The notes under the pieces: model-generated
Database searches by the model: none
Told to the model about the DNA's origin: nothing
Seen by the model: only the letters and a program-made list of their open reading frames with translations
Shown here: one piece after another, positions 29,057 to 38,931 of the stretch
Layout: every line of letters begins with the position of its first letter
Position numbering within the stretch: the stretch's first letter is position 1
DNA from: an uncultured Planctomycetia bacterium
Lineage (GTDB): Bacteria; Omnitrophota; Gorgyraeia; 1-14-0-20-64-10
Assembly (NCBI GenBank): GCA_964373715.1
Contig: CAYJVR010000001.1
Span: 269,888-333,887 of the forward strand
DNA: 64,000 nt
Reading direction: 5' to 3'
Made by a program: the position numbers and the translations under genes

Positions 29057-31172
29057 CGCTGTTACGGGAGAAAATGCCCAGAGGGAATAAAAGAAGGCAC
29101 GCCAGGATCATCGGCAGGCGCAGCCTGAAGAGAGTCCCCGCGTTGGGGATGACCAGCCCAAGAAGAAGAGAAGAGAGAAGGATAAACCCCAGGAGAGACC
29201 AACTAACGGTTTCTCCAGCGCGCAGAAGTCGCCACCCGCCCCGTATTATCCAGGGCAGCAGGAGGTAAAACAGCAGGGTTTCAACGCTTCCGAAAATTCG
29301 GAAAATCCCCGTTGTGGCCTCCTGATCAAACCACTGAAGAGGAAAAGGGGCAAACCAAGCCACTAAAAGGGCTCTGGGGGTGAACCGGACCAGGTCCTCC
29401 GGTTTTCGGAAGGTCACCTCAGGATAGAGCACAGAACGCCCTCCTTCGCCGAGGATGCCTCTGCGGACGTTCATCAAGCTTTGGAGAGAAGCCTGTCCGG
29501 CGAAGGATCTGCCGATGGCCTGCAGGTGCGGGAGAAAGAGAGATGAGATGGGCCGCAGCGGAAGCAGGGGCCAGATTTCGGAAGGCAGTATTCCCCATTC
29601 GTAGGTATATCGGTTGTAAAGAGATCTATGGAGTATACGAAGATTTCCCGTTCTGCCCCGCTGCTCGATCATAATTGCTTGCGGGTTGAAAATAGTGATC
29701 GACTCGAGATTCGCCATGCCGCGATGGTTTATTTCCCCATCTATTTGTCCAGTCACCGAGATGTCCCAGACCACATAATCGGTGGAGCGGACGACCAGTT
29801 TATCTGGATGCGCGAAGACCGTGCGGTGTTTCATGCCGCGGAAGGCGCGGACAATTTCCCTCACGCGGTTCATCGGCCAGATTTGCAGGCCGATCCTTTT
29901 CCATGAAAAGGGTTCCTTTGTTGAAGAGAGGACCGCTGATTCGCCGATAAATCGGGCAGACTCCTGACTTTTCGGTTTGCTGAGCTCAATGAACTTAGGG
30001 TTGACGATCCACATCCGGTGCACCCTCTTATCGGTGAGCTCCAGGATTCGCGGATTGGCCGCACCGGCGGAGAGAGCTTCCTCAGGGGATCTTTCAATGA
30101 TGGTTTTGGAAGGCATGGTGGCTAGCAGAAGCTGGCGGAGCTTGAACGGTTTTCTTGCCTTAACGTGTTTTGTCTCTTGTTTGGTTTCTTGTTTTGCCTC
30201 TTCCTGCATCAGTTTTTTCAGCACCATTTCAATCGAAAAAGAATCTTCCGAGAGCAGCCAGTGCTGTTGTTCTAGTCCCTCCTCCTGTTCCTCAAATTCC
30301 AGCAGCGGCGGAGGTTCGTTATAGACGATGATGAACCATCTCTGCGGATAGGGTGTCTGGTAGGCGAAGGCCATGGCGAATGTGGAGATTATGGCGATGC
30401 CTAAGGCGATGCAGGCCGGTCGGAATCGTCTGTGGAGGAGGTTCCAGAGAAACGTGGAGCCGAAGGCCAGGAGCATGGAGAGAGCCATGGCGATGCCCAG
30501 ATAGGACCGGAATTTAGTAATGGCAGCGGCGGATACGAAGAGAATAAGCCACCAGGAAAGCCAGTTCAAAAAAGAAACAGGGCGCTGCGCCGTGATTTGT
30601 CGCCAGAGGGTAATGCCGGAAGCAAGAACCCCGAGCGCCAGCAGACCGCAGGAGGAATCTTTCAGCAATTGCGTGGACCAAAGAATGCTGGAAGGCCATA
30701 GAGCCACCAGCCAAGCGGCCAGCAGTGCGGTACGCTTTCCCGAGAGATGATGAACAATCCGATAGGCGAGCAGTACCTGAACAGAGGAGATAAAAACGTT
30801 GATGAGGATTCCGTTCAAAGGGTTCGGTCCGAACAGCCTGTAAATTCCTGCTAAAAGGATGTAATACTCGATTGCGCCGTGCGTGAAAACGGGATAAGGG
30901 ACGCCCGTTTTCCAGGAAGAAAGGATCCGGATGGCGTAATCATGGGAGGCTACCGAATCCATCGCGAAATACCAGAACCCGGGCACCGGGTGTTGTTGAG
31001 CGGAGAGAATGGGCCATTTGTAGAAGGAGGCGAGATAAAAGAACAGGGCCGCCGCCAGGCGCAGGCCCGCGGCCCACCCCACCAGTTTATAGAGCGAACG
31101 GTCCGCGCCGATCCAGCGGGACAGAAGAACCAGCGCGCAGGATAAGCCGGCAAGGAGAGCCAGAGGAGTCAT
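29043..31172 (-). CDS. large polytopic membrane protein of unknown function (possible GT-C-like)
   Basis: 709 aa with an N-terminal TM bundle, an acidic/lysine low-complexity segment (EQEEGLEQQ…KQETKQETK), a central soluble region and C-terminal TM helices. No confident family match from sequence alone. Confidence 0.4.
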   Translation of the reverse strand: MTPLALLAGLSCALVLLSRWIGADRSLYKLVGWAAGLRLAAALFFYLASFYKWPILSAQQHPVPGFWYFAMDSVASHDYAIRILSSWKTGVPYPVFTHGAIEYYILLAGIYRLFGPNPLNGILINVFISSVQVLLAYRIVHHLSGKRTALLAAWLVALWPSSILWSTQLLKDSSCGLLALGVLASGITLWRQITAQRPVSFLNWLSWWLILFVSAAAITKFRSYLGIAMALSMLLAFGSTFLWNLLHRRFRPACIALGIAIISTFAMAFAYQTPYPQRWFIIVYNEPPPLLEFEEQEEGLEQQHWLLSEDSFSIEMVLKKLMQEEAKQETKQETKHVKARKPFKLRQLLLATMPSKTIIERSPEEALSAGAANPRILELTDKRVHRMWIVNPKFIELSKPKSQESARFIGESAVLSSTKEPFSWKRIGLQIWPMNRVREIVRAFRGMKHRTVFAHPDKLVVRSTDYVVWDISVTGQIDGEINHRGMANLESITIFNPQAIMIEQRGRTGNLRILHRSLYNRYTYEWGILPSEIWPLLPLRPISSLFLPHLQAIGRSFAGQASLQSLMNVRRGILGEGGRSVLYPEVTFRKPEDLVRFTPRALLVAWFAPFPLQWFDQEATTGIFRIFGSVETLLFYLLLPWIIRGGWRLLRAGETVSWSLLGFILLSSLLLGLVIPNAGTLFRLRLPMILACLLLFPLGIFSRNSDAKT

Positions 31173-31178
31173 CTTTTT

Positions 31179-33143
31179 TTACACATTTTCGTGGACCGCG
31201 GTTGTTTCCTTGGCCAGAGGTTTCTCCTGATGCATATAATGCTGAAGCCACAACTCAAGCATAAGCAGAGTCCACAGATGATGGCCGTAATCCTTTTCAC
31301 CCGAAATGTGCCTTGAAACGAGGTTTTTCAGCCGCTCCGGAAGTATGAGTTGATGGATCTGCGCTTGTGAAGAAAGAAGGATCCCCGACATCCACTCCTT
31401 CAGGGGTCCCCGGAACCATCGGCCGACCGGGATCGAAAATCCCTGCTTCGGCCTCTGAAGGTGCTGTTGGGTGAATATCCCTTTTTGCGTCTCTTTCAGC
31501 AGGTGTTTCAGAGACCGTCCCTTCACTTTCATCTGTCCAGGAAGGCTCGCGAGAAATTCCATGAGCTGGTGGTCCAACAGAGGGGCCCTGGCTTCGAGGC
31601 CGTGCGCCATCGTGCAGATGTCCATCTTGACGAGCAGGTCGTTGGGCAGGTAGAAGGAGGTATCCACCGCCAGCGCCGCATCCACCCCGTCCAAATCTTC
31701 CAGCCCGTCGAAAAGCCTGTTGAGCAGCGCCGCCGACTTAGAGTGCTTCGTTTGCGCTGCCATCTGCGGAGTGTAAAGCGCCCGCTTCTCCTCATCGGAA
31801 AAGAGGCCCGTCCAATGGAGCCAGCGCATTCCCCTCGGTATGCCGGCGGCCCGGAAGAATCTCTTTGGGCTCATCCGACCGTTCAACAGGGCCAGGCGGT
31901 CGGGCCAGGCTCCCATCACCGGTTCGATCAGTCCCCGCCGCAGCCAGACAGGGAGATCGTTGTAAGAATCGGCCAGACGCATCGCTAAATGCCGGTAATA
32001 CCCGCCGAACGCCTCATCGCCGCCGTCCCCGTTTAAAACGACGGTGACTTCCCTGCTGGCTATCTGCGCCAGGTAGTAGGTGGGCAGCGCGGAGGAATCG
32101 GCGAAAGGCTCTCCGAACTGCCGGATCAGTTTCGGGATGATCGCGGAGGCGTTCGGCCGGACGATCTGGTCATGGTGGTCGGTGTTGAATTTCTTGGCGA
32201 CCGCCCGGGCGTAAGGCAGCTCGTTGAAGCTTGCCTCCTCGAATCCGATGGAGAATGTCTTCAGCCTTTGCCCGCTCATCAGGCGGCTGGCGACCGAAAC
32301 GACGGCGCTGGAATCGACCCCTCCGCTTAAGAGAACCCCGAGCGGAACATCGGAGCGGAGCCTCAGGCGGACCGATTCCTCCAGCAGCCTGTTGATCTCT
32401 TCGACCGCCTCTTCGGCGCTGATTTTGATCTTTCGGTGGAAATCCAGCTCCCAGTAGCGGGTGAGCTGAAGTTCCTTCCCATCGTACAGCAGGTAATGGG
32501 CCGGCGGGAGTTTCTGCACCCCTTCGAAAGCGGTTCCGGGGGAGGGCACGCACATGAAGGAGAGATAGTGGTGGATTGCCTCCCTGTCGAGCCGCCGTTC
32601 GATCGCCGGGTGCTGCAGCAGAGATTCCAGCTGGGAGGAGAAGACCATCTGTCCGGAGCGGAACGCGTAAACAAGCGGTTTTTTCCCGAGGCGGTCGCGC
32701 GCCAGCATCAGGCGCTGACGGGTTTCATCCCAGAGGGCGAAGGCGAACATCCCTCGGAGATTCCGGACGCATTCGGGACCTTCAGCTGCGTAAGCCTGCA
32801 GGATCACCTCAGTATCGGATTGCGTCCGGAATTTACAGCCTTTGGCAGCGAGCGAGCCGCGGAGTTCCCGGTAGTTGTAGATTTCACCGTTGAAGACGAT
32901 TTGGAGCGCGCCGGTTTCATCGGCCATCGGCTGGGCGCCGCTGGCCAGGTCAATGACCTTCAGCCGCCTGTGCCCTAAACCGCAGGATATCCCTCCGTTC
33001 GGCCGGCCGGCCTGCGCGGCCGGGTTCAGGTAAAACCCTTCCGCGTCCGGTCCACGGTGGTTTAAAGCGGAGGTTATCCGTTTTAAAAGTTCCGGCTCAA
33101 TCGGCCGTCCTTCCCGGTCCACAATCCCTGCGATACCGCACAT
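31179..33143 (-). CDS. asparagine synthetase B-family glutamine amidotransferase
   Basis: MCGIAG Ntn nucleophile and SGGVDSS PP-loop. In a glycan locus this family usually amidates a sugar carboxylate. Confidence 0.85.
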   Translation of the reverse strand: MCGIAGIVDREGRPIEPELLKRITSALNHRGPDAEGFYLNPAAQAGRPNGGISCGLGHRRLKVIDLASGAQPMADETGALQIVFNGEIYNYRELRGSLAAKGCKFRTQSDTEVILQAYAAEGPECVRNLRGMFAFALWDETRQRLMLARDRLGKKPLVYAFRSGQMVFSSQLESLLQHPAIERRLDREAIHHYLSFMCVPSPGTAFEGVQKLPPAHYLLYDGKELQLTRYWELDFHRKIKISAEEAVEEINRLLEESVRLRLRSDVPLGVLLSGGVDSSAVVSVASRLMSGQRLKTFSIGFEEASFNELPYARAVAKKFNTDHHDQIVRPNASAIIPKLIRQFGEPFADSSALPTYYLAQIASREVTVVLNGDGGDEAFGGYYRHLAMRLADSYNDLPVWLRRGLIEPVMGAWPDRLALLNGRMSPKRFFRAAGIPRGMRWLHWTGLFSDEEKRALYTPQMAAQTKHSKSAALLNRLFDGLEDLDGVDAALAVDTSFYLPNDLLVKMDICTMAHGLEARAPLLDHQLMEFLASLPGQMKVKGRSLKHLLKETQKGIFTQQHLQRPKQGFSIPVGRWFRGPLKEWMSGILLSSQAQIHQLILPERLKNLVSRHISGEKDYGHHLWTLLMLELWLQHYMHQEKPLAKETTAVHENV

Positions 33144-33151
33144 GCGCTAGA

Positions 33152-34123
33152 TCATCTCCCAGCCGCGGTGTTTGCGGCAGCTATGTTTTCCCGGTACCAG
33201 GCGATTGTCCGCGTTAGACCCTCTTCGAGGGAGATCTTCGGCTGGTAGCCGAGCGCCGTAGTTTTCGAAATGTCGAGGAGTCTTTTAGGCTGTCCATCCG
33301 GTCTTGAAAGGTCCCATTCCAGCGTTCCTTTAAATCCGGTCAGGTTGGAGACCATTTCGGCCAGCGTTTTAATCGATGTTTCCTTGCCGGATCCGATATT
33401 GATCGGGTTCGGTTTACCCCATTTCTCCGCCACGAGCAGGATCCCCTCGACGGCATCCTCAACAAAAAGAAAATCGCGCGTTGGATTGCCGGACCCCCAG
33501 AGGATTACCTTGGTTATTTTTTTCTCTTCGGCCTCGGAGAATTTCCGGATCATTGCAGGGACCACATGCGATTTTTCCAAATCAAAATTGTCCCCTGGAC
33601 CGTAGAGGTTTGAGGGGATCGGGTTGACGGCCAAGAACTGGTACTGCTCGTAATAAGCTTTGGATTGGATGGCCAGCAGTCTCTTGGCGAAGCCATAAGG
33701 GGCGTTGGTCTCTTCCGGGCTTCCGTTCCATAGGTGTTCCTCTCGAAAGGGGATCGGTGTGATGTTCGGGTAAGAGCAGGTTGTGCCGACCGCCACGAAT
33801 TTCTCTACTCCGGCGCGGCGGCCCCATTCCATCAGTTGGATTCCCATGATGGCGTTTTCGTAAAAAAATGTGCCTGGCAGTTTCTGGTTGATGCCGATGC
33901 CTCCGACCACTGCCGCCAGATGGATTAAAATCTCCGGTTTGCTCACCTCGTAGAGTCTGCGTATCTGGGCCTCTTCCCTGAGATCAAATTCGATCCGGCG
34001 CGGAACGAAAATTTCCCTGCAGCCTTTTTCCCGGAGTTTCGCCACCACGTGGGAGCCGAGGAATCCGGCTCCTCCGGTGACCGTGACCCGTTTCTTTTCC
34101 CAGAAACCCATTGTTATACCCAT
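33152..34123 (-). CDS. GDP-L-fucose synthase family NAD(P)-dependent epimerase/reductase (Fcl-like)
   Basis: VTGGAGFLGSH and the Fcl-type motif NLYGPGDNF…SHVVPAMIRKF. Confidence 0.6.
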   Translation of the reverse strand: MGITMGFWEKKRVTVTGGAGFLGSHVVAKLREKGCREIFVPRRIEFDLREEAQIRRLYEVSKPEILIHLAAVVGGIGINQKLPGTFFYENAIMGIQLMEWGRRAGVEKFVAVGTTCSYPNITPIPFREEHLWNGSPEETNAPYGFAKRLLAIQSKAYYEQYQFLAVNPIPSNLYGPGDNFDLEKSHVVPAMIRKFSEAEEKKITKVILWGSGNPTRDFLFVEDAVEGILLVAEKWGKPNPINIGSGKETSIKTLAEMVSNLTGFKGTLEWDLSRPDGQPKRLLDISKTTALGYQPKISLEEGLTRTIAWYRENIAAANTAAGR

Positions 34124-36000
34124 CCTTTCAGCCGGTAATAGAGGATTGCCATGTATTCGTGCGCAATCCCTTCGATCTGGCTCAGCGTCATGCCGGGCCG
34201 TCTGCGGCTGTAGTAATAGCTTTCCTCAACCGGAGCCGCCACAACCTCAAGCTCAGGAGCTGTCTTTGCGAAAGATAAAAGGGCCCGCCGCATGTGGTAG
34301 GGGGAGCTGACCAGCAGAATCCGTTTCCAGCCGTTTTCCTTAAGTATTTTCGCCGTATAGAGAGCATTTTGCCGGGTGTTCACCGCTTTTGTTTCCAGCA
34401 GGATCGCCTCGGGCGGGATGCCCAGGGATACAGCCAGCGCCTTCATCACCTCCGGCTCTTGAAAGACATAGACATAACCGGAGGAGAAGATGAGCTTATC
34501 GGCATACCCTGATTTATAAAGTTCCACTGCCCGGTTTACCCGTTCTTCATAGCCCTGGCCGGCTTTCCCGGATTCCCCCACCCCGCCTGCCAGCACCACG
34601 ATCGCGTCCGCTTTTCGCAGGGCGTCCGATAGTTTTAACGGCGCGGCAATAAACCAGGGAAGCGGTGAAAAAAACAGAAGTCCTGCGAAGAGGCCGGCCG
34701 CGGCAAGGCTGGTTATGATTTTCCGCTGGGCGTTCCGGTAGAGCCCAAGGAACAGATCCGGCCATTTCAGCGCTTTATTCGCCGCCCGTTCTTTGATCGT
34801 GGTCTCGATCAGCGCCGCCATCCGCCCGATCTTCACCTGCCAGCTGTTCTCCCGCGCGACCTCGATCCGCCTGGAGATTTTTTCTTCGCCCGATCCGAGC
34901 GCTTTTTCGATCCCTTGGGCGAACTCCCCCGGATTGGAGGCGATCGAGATCAGGGGTCCGTGGCGCTGATTGAAAAGAGAAATTTCTTTCAGAGGGGTCG
35001 AGACGACCGGTTTGCCCATGGCCAGATACTCGTTCGTCTTGGTCGGGTAGACGTTATCGGTGTACTCCGTCAGCCGGTAAGGGATGGTGCAGACATCGAA
35101 CGAACGAATGTAATCGGGCAACAGATCGTGCGGTTTTGGCCCCAGGAAGTGGACGTTCGGCAGTCCCCGGAGAAGGCTGACGTCGGTTTGGATCGGGCCG
35201 ACTAAGACGAATTGGTAAGCCCCATTCCGCGAGGCGGTTTCTTTGAGCAGATCCAGGTTCACCCACTTGTGGATTCCCCCCACGTAGCCGATTCGAGGCG
35301 CTGGTATCCCGGCCATATCTTCGGGCAGCGACCGGATATCGCTGTTCCTCGCTCTTTCGAAAATATCGTAATCCACGCCGAACGGAAAAAGATGAACGTT
35401 GGAATTGTGCCGGCAGGCGTACTGCTCAAGCTGATGAGAGGTGACGAAGACCATATCCGCCCGTTCGAACATCTTCTCCTCCGCCCTGAGGATCTTTTTG
35501 GCGGAGGGCGAACTGGCGGCGAAATTGTCTATGCAGTAATAGATGACCAGTTTTGGATCGAGAGAGCGGATCAGGTCCATTGCCAGCGGCGTCGGCAGGA
35601 ACGTCCAGACTACCGGTTTGTTGAATTGGACCGCCTTCATCCACCGGCCCAGGTCCAGTGTGATCAGGAAGCGGTTGATCCATTGAGCGATCCGGGAGTA
35701 AGGGAAAGGCAGTCCCAGCGGGGAATAAACGTACAGGTTCGGCCGTTCCTGCCGGAATCCGCGGACGCTGTGCCACCAGCGGGCGAGTCTTTTCTTGAGC
35801 CGCGGCATATCGGAGAGGCTGACCGAGCGGATCCCCGTGTTTTCTATGAACAGGACACGGTTTCCCTGGGCGGCGAGGGTAGACATGATCTGCTGGTGGC
35901 CCTGCCAGATAAAGTCGAAATCTATGGAGGAAATGCAGACGATGTCCTGCGGCGCGGCAACGCCGAGGGTCCGTGCGGCGCCGGGTTCTCCTGTCATCAT
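34114..36000 (-). CDS. fusion protein: GT4-like glycosyltransferase domain, TM helix, DUF218 (YdcF/ElyC-like) domain
   Basis: GT-B C-terminal signature TNEYLAMGKPVVSTP, a TM segment LAAAGLFAGLLFFSPLPWFIAAPL, then DUF218 motifs AIVVLAGGVGESG…RQNALYT…ILLVSSPYHMRRA. Start set at the ATGA-overlapping ATG (36000). Confidence 0.6.
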   Translation of the reverse strand: MMTGEPGAARTLGVAAPQDIVCISSIDFDFIWQGHQQIMSTLAAQGNRVLFIENTGIRSVSLSDMPRLKKRLARWWHSVRGFRQERPNLYVYSPLGLPFPYSRIAQWINRFLITLDLGRWMKAVQFNKPVVWTFLPTPLAMDLIRSLDPKLVIYYCIDNFAASSPSAKKILRAEEKMFERADMVFVTSHQLEQYACRHNSNVHLFPFGVDYDIFERARNSDIRSLPEDMAGIPAPRIGYVGGIHKWVNLDLLKETASRNGAYQFVLVGPIQTDVSLLRGLPNVHFLGPKPHDLLPDYIRSFDVCTIPYRLTEYTDNVYPTKTNEYLAMGKPVVSTPLKEISLFNQRHGPLISIASNPGEFAQGIEKALGSGEEKISRRIEVARENSWQVKIGRMAALIETTIKERAANKALKWPDLFLGLYRNAQRKIITSLAAAGLFAGLLFFSPLPWFIAAPLKLSDALRKADAIVVLAGGVGESGKAGQGYEERVNRAVELYKSGYADKLIFSSGYVYVFQEPEVMKALAVSLGIPPEAILLETKAVNTRQNALYTAKILKENGWKRILLVSSPYHMRRALLSFAKTAPELEVVAAPVEESYYYSRRRPGMTLSQIEGIAHEYMAILYYRLKGWV

Positions 36001-37103
36001 TGGAGCCTCAGGAGGCCGCGCAGCGATGGGGCCCGCGGGGCCAGCTGGCTTAAGGGCCACGTCCACCGGACGAGCAGGAGAAAGTTGATCAGCTGCCTGG
36101 CTAGGTTTTCCGGGAGCCCTCCCCGGATTGCCCTGAATTGGGCGAGGAGGTCTTTGAATTCCATGTCGCTGAGCCGGTAATCCATCAGTTCGAATACCGT
36201 CCGGTACCGGCGGTCCTCCGCGCCGGATTTTAAGCCCTTGTTGAAATAGAGGCTGATTTCATAAGCCAGCATCCAAAAGAGGTATTTGTGCGTCATCCCA
36301 CGCCAGCGTTGGACGAGCGGGCTGTGTTCGGGCCATCGTTTGAGGTGGGCGTCGCAGTAGCCGAGGATTGCTTCCCGGTAATCTTTTGTGACCGACAGCG
36401 CTGACCGGCGGCTTAATGATTTCGTATGCAGGCGGTAGGAATAAAGCTGTTTCGGAATATGCCCCACCCGCTGCCGTTCGGCGATCTCAAACCAGAGAAC
36501 GAAATCGCCGAACCCAATCGGTCCTTTCTCGTTAAAACGGGAATTTCCCAAGGCCGAGCGCCGGATCATTGTGCCGGAAAGACCGACGCAGGATCGGCCG
36601 GTCTTCATCGTCTGCTCAATGTAGGCGGTCCCTTCCTGGAGTTCCGGCACTGCGTGGTCCCGTGCGCCGAGAGTGCGTCCTTCTTCATCAATCAATGTCC
36701 AATCCGGGGAGACGAAGCCGGCTTCCGGCTGGGCGGTGAGAAAGGAGACCTCTTCACGTATCAAGGAGGGCCTGAATTCGTCGTCGTCATGCAGGAACGC
36801 GATGAATTCCCCTTGGGACTGTTCGATGAGGTCGTTGTGGTTGGGGTAGATGCCAATATTTCTCTCCCGCCGGATATAACGGACGCGGGGATCCGCCGCC
36901 GCGGCGGAACAGCAAAGGGCCCGTGTGTCATCCGTGGAGGCGTTGTCGCCGATAAGGATTTCAAGGGCCGCGTAATCCTGCGTGAGGATGCTTTCCAGGC
37001 TGCGTTTGAGGAAATTTGCCCGGTTGGCGGTCGGCACACAAATCGAGACAAGGGGTCCGTTCACCGGGCGGCCTCGGAAGAAAACCTTTTCCAGAACGCG
37101 CAC
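35997..37103 (-). CDS. glycosyltransferase family 2
   Basis: VSICVPTANRANFL…ILIGDNASTDDT…DDDDE. Confidence 0.7.
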   Translation of the reverse strand: MRVLEKVFFRGRPVNGPLVSICVPTANRANFLKRSLESILTQDYAALEILIGDNASTDDTRALCCSAAAADPRVRYIRRERNIGIYPNHNDLIEQSQGEFIAFLHDDDEFRPSLIREEVSFLTAQPEAGFVSPDWTLIDEEGRTLGARDHAVPELQEGTAYIEQTMKTGRSCVGLSGTMIRRSALGNSRFNEKGPIGFGDFVLWFEIAERQRVGHIPKQLYSYRLHTKSLSRRSALSVTKDYREAILGYCDAHLKRWPEHSPLVQRWRGMTHKYLFWMLAYEISLYFNKGLKSGAEDRRYRTVFELMDYRLSDMEFKDLLAQFRAIRGGLPENLARQLINFLLLVRWTWPLSQLAPRAPSLRGLLRLQ

Positions 37104-38305
37104 AAGCCTACGGCCGCGAAGATGATCATCAGCGGTTCAATCTCCCACCGGTGCCTGCCTTCCACATAAAAGAGGGCTTGGCTGAAAGAGACGGAGAAGG
37201 CGGCCAGAGCAAACAGAAAAGCCCCCTTTCTGGCGGAGGACCGGGGCGAAGTTGCGGAGATCACCAATCCCGCTATCGCGAAAACCAGCAGCGTGCCATA
37301 GTACATGATGTAGATCCTCAGCCACTTCAATGGGTAAAGAAGCCCTGCGTGCGGCGAAAACCACCAAAAGTAAAACAGTTTTTTGAGAAACAGGTAAGAA
37401 ACGGCTTCAGGGTTGGCGCGCATAAAAGCCACGGCCGCCGCCCTGAATTCCCTGTTCTGTTCGAACTCATTCATTTTACCAATTATCGAGGAGAGTTCGG
37501 GCGGCAATTCTGAGATGACAGAAACAGGGTTTGGCGAAAGGGTGTACGAGGTGCCGGAGGCTCCGGGATGGTTGCCGTACCAGAGGTTCACCCCAGTGTC
37601 GGTCCTCAGAGGGACGACCCGTCCGTAAAGGATAAGACCTCGCGCCATAATGGGGGTGAGCACCGCCAGACCGGATAGGCCGATCATGCAGACCGCCCAG
37701 ACGGCGCGGTTTGCTTGCCGGCGGTTGGTTGAAAGGAACCAAGCGGCCCATAACAGGAAGAAAGGGCCGAACGTTGCCCGGGAGAGGACAGTTAAGCCGG
37801 CCGCTGTCCCTACTCCGGCTAATTTCCAGAAGCTCCAGCTTGGTTTGGCCCGTGCGAACAAATAGAAACTCAGCGCGATAAGAAAGACGTCGAGCGTCTG
37901 GGAATGGAGCCTTCCCGCGTAGACCAGGTTGCCGGGGTGGAGCGAGACGAGCAGGCCGCACAGCAGCGCTGTCCGGCGCCCGAAAAAGATCAGTGCTGTC
38001 CTGTAAACCAGCAGGGCCGTCGCCGCGAACAGTACCCCCTGAAGGATAAGGACGATTGCTTCCATTCCGCCGCTGATTTTCAGGATTCCTGCCAAAAGGA
38101 CAGGGTAAAGGGTCGGCCCGTAAAAATGGTAGGGGGTCCCGAGATAATCGTAGACAAAACCCCTTCCCTCAAGGATATTCCGCGCGATCTGTGAGTATTC
38201 CCACCTCTGCGGGGAAGAAAACTGCCCGGTTGCCGCGGCAGCCGCTGCCGCCGCGCAGAACGCGAGGAGAAAAAGGAGGAGCCGCTGTTTTGTCGCCCGG
38301 CTCAT
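37061..38305 (-). CDS. ArnT/PMT-like GT-C membrane glycosyltransferase, paralog A
   Basis: Polytopic protein with conserved blocks shared with the 41728..43065 gene (GVNLWYGNHPGASG, FYFWWFSPHAG, SQALFYVEGRHRWE). Start set at MSRATKQRLLLF, the ATGA overlap at 38305. Confidence 0.6.
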   Translation of the reverse strand: MSRATKQRLLLFLLAFCAAAAAAAATGQFSSPQRWEYSQIARNILEGRGFVYDYLGTPYHFYGPTLYPVLLAGILKISGGMEAIVLILQGVLFAATALLVYRTALIFFGRRTALLCGLLVSLHPGNLVYAGRLHSQTLDVFLIALSFYLFARAKPSWSFWKLAGVGTAAGLTVLSRATFGPFFLLWAAWFLSTNRRQANRAVWAVCMIGLSGLAVLTPIMARGLILYGRVVPLRTDTGVNLWYGNHPGASGTSYTLSPNPVSVISELPPELSSIIGKMNEFEQNREFRAAAVAFMRANPEAVSYLFLKKLFYFWWFSPHAGLLYPLKWLRIYIMYYGTLLVFAIAGLVISATSPRSSARKGAFLFALAAFSVSFSQALFYVEGRHRWEIEPLMIIFAAVGLCAFWKRFSSEAAR

Positions 38306-38931
38306 CCCCTTCCCTCCGGTTTCCGTGCGATGATCCCGATGAAGCAGCCGTAAAAGTAGGTGAACGAATTGTGCGGGGCCAGGCCTCGGGTTTCGGCCAG
38401 ACGGACCAGATCGCGGCGGCCGAATACCGGCCCCAGCCATTTACCGAGCGGGGAGTTTCTTATCAGAGGCTGGAACCCGAGCGGCCCGAAACGGTAAGGG
38501 ACGCCGACGAAAACCCAGCCTCCCCGCCGCGTTACCCGGCACATTTCGCCGAAAGCGGTTTCGATCCGTTCGAGATGTTCCAGAGTGCTGCTGTTCCAAA
38601 CAAGGTCGAAAACGCCGGTCCGGAACGGCAGCCGGTAAAGGTCGGCCGCCACTACCGGCAGTGTTTTATCCCGGCGCCGCGCTTCGCTGAGAGCGGCCGG
38701 ATCTTTGTCGGAGGCGATGCTGAGGCGGACACCAGGTTGCCGCGCGAAACAGGTGGAGGCGTAGCCCGGGCCGGAGCCTCCTTCGAGCACCCGCGCCGAC
38801 TCTCCCAGAGGTATCCTTCGGGTGAGGATCCGGATAAGCCGGCGGTTGAGTTTTTCCCTCCGGCTGTCGAAGAACCGGTAGCTCCACGTCCCCGGCCCTC
38901 CCAGGAAATGCCAAGAACGTTCCAATCCCAT
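38302..38931 (-). CDS. class I SAM-dependent methyltransferase
   Basis: VLEGGSGPGY (motif I) and VFDLVWNSSTLEH (motif II/III). Confidence 0.7.
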   Translation of the reverse strand: MGLERSWHFLGGPGTWSYRFFDSRREKLNRRLIRILTRRIPLGESARVLEGGSGPGYASTCFARQPGVRLSIASDKDPAALSEARRRDKTLPVVAADLYRLPFRTGVFDLVWNSSTLEHLERIETAFGEMCRVTRRGGWVFVGVPYRFGPLGFQPLIRNSPLGKWLGPVFGRRDLVRLAETRGLAPHNSFTYFYGCFIGIIARKPEGRG

